DNA of 64,000 nucleotides from NCBI RefSeq assembly GCF_964213995.1, contig NW_027590154.1, positions 620,001-684,000 on the forward strand. The letters run 5' to 3'. Both the position numbers and the translations under genes were made by a program. Below the pieces are notes generated by a model. The model did not search any database. It saw nothing but the letters and a program-made list of their open reading frames with translations, and was not told where the DNA came from. Below are positions 59,422 to 64,000 of this stretch, one piece after another. Source of the DNA: Mustelus asterias. Lineage: Eukaryota. Position 1 is the first letter of the stretch, and each line of letters starts with the position of its first letter.

Positions 59422-61789
59422 CCCCTCTAGATACCTTGCCAGTACCAGGTAGAAACAGCAAAAAATGAATTAACTCACCCCTGCTCGCCCTTTCTGCCCA
59501 AGCCCTGTGAGCCAAAGCCCTACAGCATTCACTCTGCCTCCTGCTCACTCCACTGCCCACTAACGACGCTGCCCGCTCAAAAGTGCGGCCTACTTTTAAA
59601 CCCTCCAAAAACCTTCCCAGACTCCTGCTGGGCCCACTTCCTGTTTTAAAAAAAACCTCCGATTTTTTACACAAATTTAACTTAAAATAAATAAATAAAT
59701 GTAGTGAACAAACCAACTGCCTTCTCCTCAGCCTGGTCCTGTGGAACAATGAGTGACAATCCATCTGTGACTTAAACACATTTAACGAGGTAGCCTCTAC
59801 TGCTTCATTGGGCAGAGAATTCCAAAGATTCACCACCCTCTGGGAGAGGAAGTTCCTCCTCAACTCTGTTCTAAATTGACTCCCCCGTATTTTGAGGCTA
59901 TGCCCCCTAGTTCTTGTTTCCATTGTAAGTGGAAATAACCTCGCTGCTTCTCCCCTGTCTAGCCCCTTCATTATCTTATATGTCTCTATAAGATCTCCCC
60001 TCAACCTTCTAAACTCCAATGAGTACAGGCCCAGTCTACTCAATCTCTCCTCATAAGCTAACCCCCTCATCTCCGGAATCAACCTGGTGAACCTTCTCTG
60101 TACCCCCTCCAAAGCTAATATATCCTTTCTTAAATAAGGGGACCAAAATTGTACACAGTACTCTGGGTGTGGCCTCACCAGTACCCTGTACAGTTGCAGC
60201 ATGACCTCCCTGCTTTTATACTTCATCCCCTTCACGATAAAGGCCAACATTTCATTTGCCTTCTTGATCACCTGCTGCACCTGTAAACTGAGTTTTTGTG
60301 ATTCATGCACAAGGACCCCCAGGTCCCTCTGCACAGTACCATGTTGTAATTTTTCACCGTTTAAATAATAGTCCATTTTACAATTATTCCTTCCAAAATG
60401 GATAACCTCACACTTACCAACGTTATACTCCATCTGCCAGATCCTTGCCCACTCACTTAGCCTATCCAAACCTCTCTGCAGACTCTGTGTCCTCCACGCA
60501 ATTTGCTTTCCCACTCATCTTTGTGTCATCCGCAAACTTTGTTACCCGACACTGGGTCCCCTCCGCCGGATCGTCTATGTATATGGTAAATAGTTGAGGC
60601 CCCAGCACCGATCCCTGCAGCACACCACTAGTCACTGATTGCCAACCGGAAAAGCACCCATTTATTCCGACTCTCTGCTTTCTGTTGGATAGCCAATCCT
60701 CAATCCACGCTAACACTTTACCCCCAACTCCGTGTACCTTTATCTTATGCAGCAACCTTTTGTGAGGCACCTTATCGAATGCCTTCTGGAAATCTAAATA
60801 CACCACATCCACCGGTTCCCCTCTGTCAACTGTACTCATTATATCCTCAAAAAATTCCAGTAAATGTCGGATAATTTTTTCAAACACACGCTCCAGCTTG
60901 AATGATGTCTGTATCTAAACCCTTTATAACTTATGACAATTCATTGAGGTACAGCGGGGTCTAATGTTTTGTGTGTTTGGCAGAGAGTTTAGTCTGAGTT
61001 CGAAGCTCAAACAGGCTCTTCACTGCAGACAGCTCACCATGGCAACACTGATAAGACATTTCATTGCACAGAATCGACTCAGAAACCCTTGCCTGAGGCC
61101 TGGCTGTACTCAGTAGCCATTGATGATTTAACATGTTTTTGTGACTGTCTTGAATCAGTGACTTTAATGCTGGTGTTACTATTTTAAAATAAACTCATTC
61201 AAAATAATTTAATGCAGACTTTTATAAAGTATCAGATGAAGGAGTTCACAGGAGCCTGTTAATCGCTGGGACAACAATACAACAGGCATTGAGTGAGGGA
61301 CAGACGCGACCTGGAAACTGGAGGAGTGAATATTGGAAATACTGACCCTTCAGCACCCAGTGAATTCACACATGGCTCTGAGCTCCTGAACAGGGAACAG
61401 AAGCTCCTTTACAACTGTGTTTAGAGTCAGGAAGAACAGCGGTGAATGCTGGAAACGTGCTGTCAAATCAGAGATTGGTGTAAAACTGGGATCTGTTCCT
61501 GAGTGAGAGCGAAACAGTGGGTTTAAAATTCCAGTCTGAAAAATGACTGGTATTTATTGTGTGATGATTTAATGTGTTTGCGATAGTCTTGAATCAGTGA
61601 CTTTAAAGCTGGTGTTACTAATTTAGAATAAAGCCATTTAAAATAAATCTGTGAAAAATCAGTTGGAGGAGTTAAGAGGAGCCTGTTAACCCTGGGACAA
61701 TTATACAACAGACATTGGATCTTCAGATAGAGAAGGAGCTGCAGTATGTTTCCAGGAATTCCCTGTTTAATTGAGAATAAGCAGCTTCT

Positions 61790-62400
61790 GGTCCCGGGTA
61801 TAAACTGGCGGCAGCTTCTCGGCTGTTTCCGGTGACAGACCCGGCACAGCCAATGAGGGAGCTCTTGCTCAGAGCCGCCTCTGACACTCTCTCTCTGGTT
61901 GGAGGACCAGCTGTCCTTTCTCATTCTTCTTCAGAAGAGTCACATTGGACATGAATCATTAGCTCTGTTTCTCTCTCAACAGATGCTGCCAGACCGAGAG
62001 CTTTTCCAGCGTTTTCTGTTTTTATTTCACCATCTCCACCATTTCTTTCCTCCACTCCCAGTTTTCTCCCTCCCTCTCCTCTGTGTTCAGATCTCCAGCT
62101 CCTGCCTGCAGCCTAACAGTAAAATCAATGATTATCTCTCCTGGTCACTGGGACTCTGAAGCCCCGCCCCCTCGCTGTTGTGTCAAGGTAACCACACATG
62201 TGTTCTGCTCCCTGTTGAAACAAAATGGCAGCCATTAATCTGACCCTGGTCTGGAGCAGAATTCCTGGAGCTGCAAATGCAGGACCTGCAGGGTTTTATT
62301 CCAGATTTGCTACCAATCCCGGGTGTTAATGACCCCCTCCATCCACCTGCCAGCTCCACCGCTCCCTCATATCTCGCTGCCTCTGCCACCACTTACCGGC
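61790..62400. promoter_or_regulatory. Partly decayed paralog of the ZNF promoter/first-intron module, with no coding exon nearby
   Basis: 62040-62130 matches 17385-17475; aaaatggcagcc (YY1-like), a GC box, ggttggaggaccag. Confidence 0.5.
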
Positions 62401-62844
62401 AGCAAATGGGAGAAAAATCTCTTCTTCACCATCACTCGCCTTGGGCATGCTCCAAACAATCCAACGCTGTTATTGTGCATTCGTCTCCCATGATGTAGAG
62501 AGGGGACTTTCCCCATCACAGAGAATGCTGGGTATACTCACCACCATTTAAGTCCCAATTAGTTTTAATTATTTATTTGGTGTGACGGCACGGAGACTGG
62601 GGTTAGAGTGACAATCAATAAAATTAGGAACTAAATACAGAAACCCAAGTTTACAGTCCCTCTCCAATCTGCCAGACAGTAGGAGATGGGAATTAGTGAA
62701 GAACGAGAGTGTCCACATAGCAGTGTGTTATAATCCAGGTCTGAAACTCCAAGGTGTTTTATAAAGTCATCCCAGATCATAAGCTTTGCATTTTGACTTT
62801 GGTACGGGTAAGCATGAGATGTTTCACTCCAGGTATGATTCAAG

Positions 62845-64000
62845 TCGCGGGAGAGTGAGAACAGGAATCGGTGGAGAATGAATGCGTGGCTGAGGGACTG
62901 GAGCAAGGGACAAGGATTTGGGTACTTGGATCATTGGGACCTCTTTAGGGGCAGGTGTGACCTGTTTAAAAAAGACGGGTGGCACTTGAATCCCAGGGGG
63001 ACCAATATCCTGGCGGGAAGGTTGGCTAAGGCTACTGGAGAGACTTTAAACTAGAAAGGTTGGGGGGAGGGAATCGAAATGAGGGGACTGAGAGCGAGGA
63101 GGTTAGCTCGCAAATAGATAAGGAATGTAGACAGGGTAAGAGGGAGGTTAGACGAGTGATGGAGAAGGGAAGTGCTCAGGCTGAAGGTCTGAGATGTGTC
63201 TATTTTAATGCCAGGAGTGTAGTGAATAAAGTGGATGAGCTTAGAGCGTGGATTGCTGCTTCGAATTGTGATGTGGTGGCCATTACGGAGACTTGGATGT
63301 CTCAGGGACAGGACTGGGTGCTTCAGGTGCCGGGTTTTAGATGTTTCAGGAAGGACAGGGAGGGGGGCAAGAGAGGGGGGGGGGAGTGGCACTGTTGATC
63401 AGGGATAGTGTCACGGCTGTAGAGAAGGTGGACGCCGTGGAGGGATTGACTACGGAGTCTCTGTGGGTGGAGGTTAGGAACAGGAAGGGGTCGGTAACTT
63501 TGCTGGGTGTTTTCTATAGGCCACCCAATAGTAACAGAGATGTTGAGGAGCAGATGGGGAAACAGATCCTGGAGAGATGTAGGAATAACAGAGTTGTCGT
63601 GATGGGAGATTTTAATTTCCCAAACATAGATTGGAATATCCCTAGGGCTAGGGGTTTGGATGGAGAGGAGTTTGTTAGGTGTGTCCAGGAGAGTTTCCTG
63701 ACACAGTATGTGGATAAGCCTACTAGAGGAGAGGCTGTACTTGATCTGGTGCTGGCTAATGAACCTGGACAGGTGGAGGATCTCTCGGTGGGTGAGCATC
63801 TTGGGGATAGCGATCATAATTCTATCTCCTTCACGATAGCATTGGAAAGAGATAGGATCAGGCAGGCTAGGAAAGTGTTTCTCTGGAGTAAAGGGAAATG
63901 CAGTGTCATCAGGGAGGCAATTGGACGGGTAAATTGGAAGGAGGCATTCTTGGGGAAAAGTACCGAAGGAAAGTGGAGGATTTTCAAGGAATGTTTGTCT
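62845..64000 (+). mobile_element. CR1: end of ORF1 and start of ORF2, running off the window; frameshift in the G-run at about 63380
   Basis: WDLF...DGWHLNPRGTNILAG...LN* followed by CVYFNARS, ITETW, GDFNFP. Confidence 0.92.

Larger units (their letters stand above)
55537..59758 (-). mobile_element. Full-length CR1/HER1-type LINE, about 4.2 kb
   Basis: 5'UTR, ORF1, ORF2 and (TTCTATG) tail; atccat duplicated at 55531-55536 and 59759-59764. Confidence 0.93.
55378..60865 (-). mobile_element. Older CR1 host element (55378-55536 and 59759-60865), split by the full-length CR1
   Basis: RT peptides at 59760-60860; its 3'UTR continues at 55378-55536. Confidence 0.85.

Noticed and set aside
59348-60514. 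388-aa ORF as a novel fusion protein
   Set aside because: Chance read-through from the host CR1 RT into the 5'UTR of the nested CR1

Overview
Vertebrate genomic DNA, most likely from a cartilaginous fish (shark or ray). The basis is HE1/V-SINE-type SINEs sharing a (TTCTATG)n-type tail with CR1/HER1 LINEs, SacSINE1-like DeuSINE remnants, and Penelope remnants. The window is a cluster of tandem C2H2 zinc-finger genes with no visible KRAB, SCAN or BTB domain. It holds 5 apparently intact arrays (11034+, 16454-, 24203-, 42464-, 51510-), one intact 13-finger array with no ATG (45825+), and several frameshifted, interrupted or truncated copies. Each gene is built from one cassette: a CpG-rich promoter (NRF1, YY1, CCAAT and GC-box motifs, often bidirectional), a short first exon, an intron, a single coding exon whose 5' part is dead zinc fingers, an MEKPWKC start, an array ending HK*, and a conserved 3'UTR block. 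Retroelements fill the gaps, often nested: CR1 (including one full-length copy with ORF1, ORF2 and a TSD), L2, RTE, Rex1/Babar, Penelope, SINEs and a Copia-like LTR remnant. The most notable observations are a phased U UUA AAC slippery heptamer at the ORF1 stop of two CR1 copies, hammerhead-like motifs on both arms of a Penelope inverted repeat, a candidate CUG-initiated ZNF, and a mirror-symmetric bidirectional promoter. All calls come from reading the sequence by eye; repeat boundaries are approximate and no database search was run.
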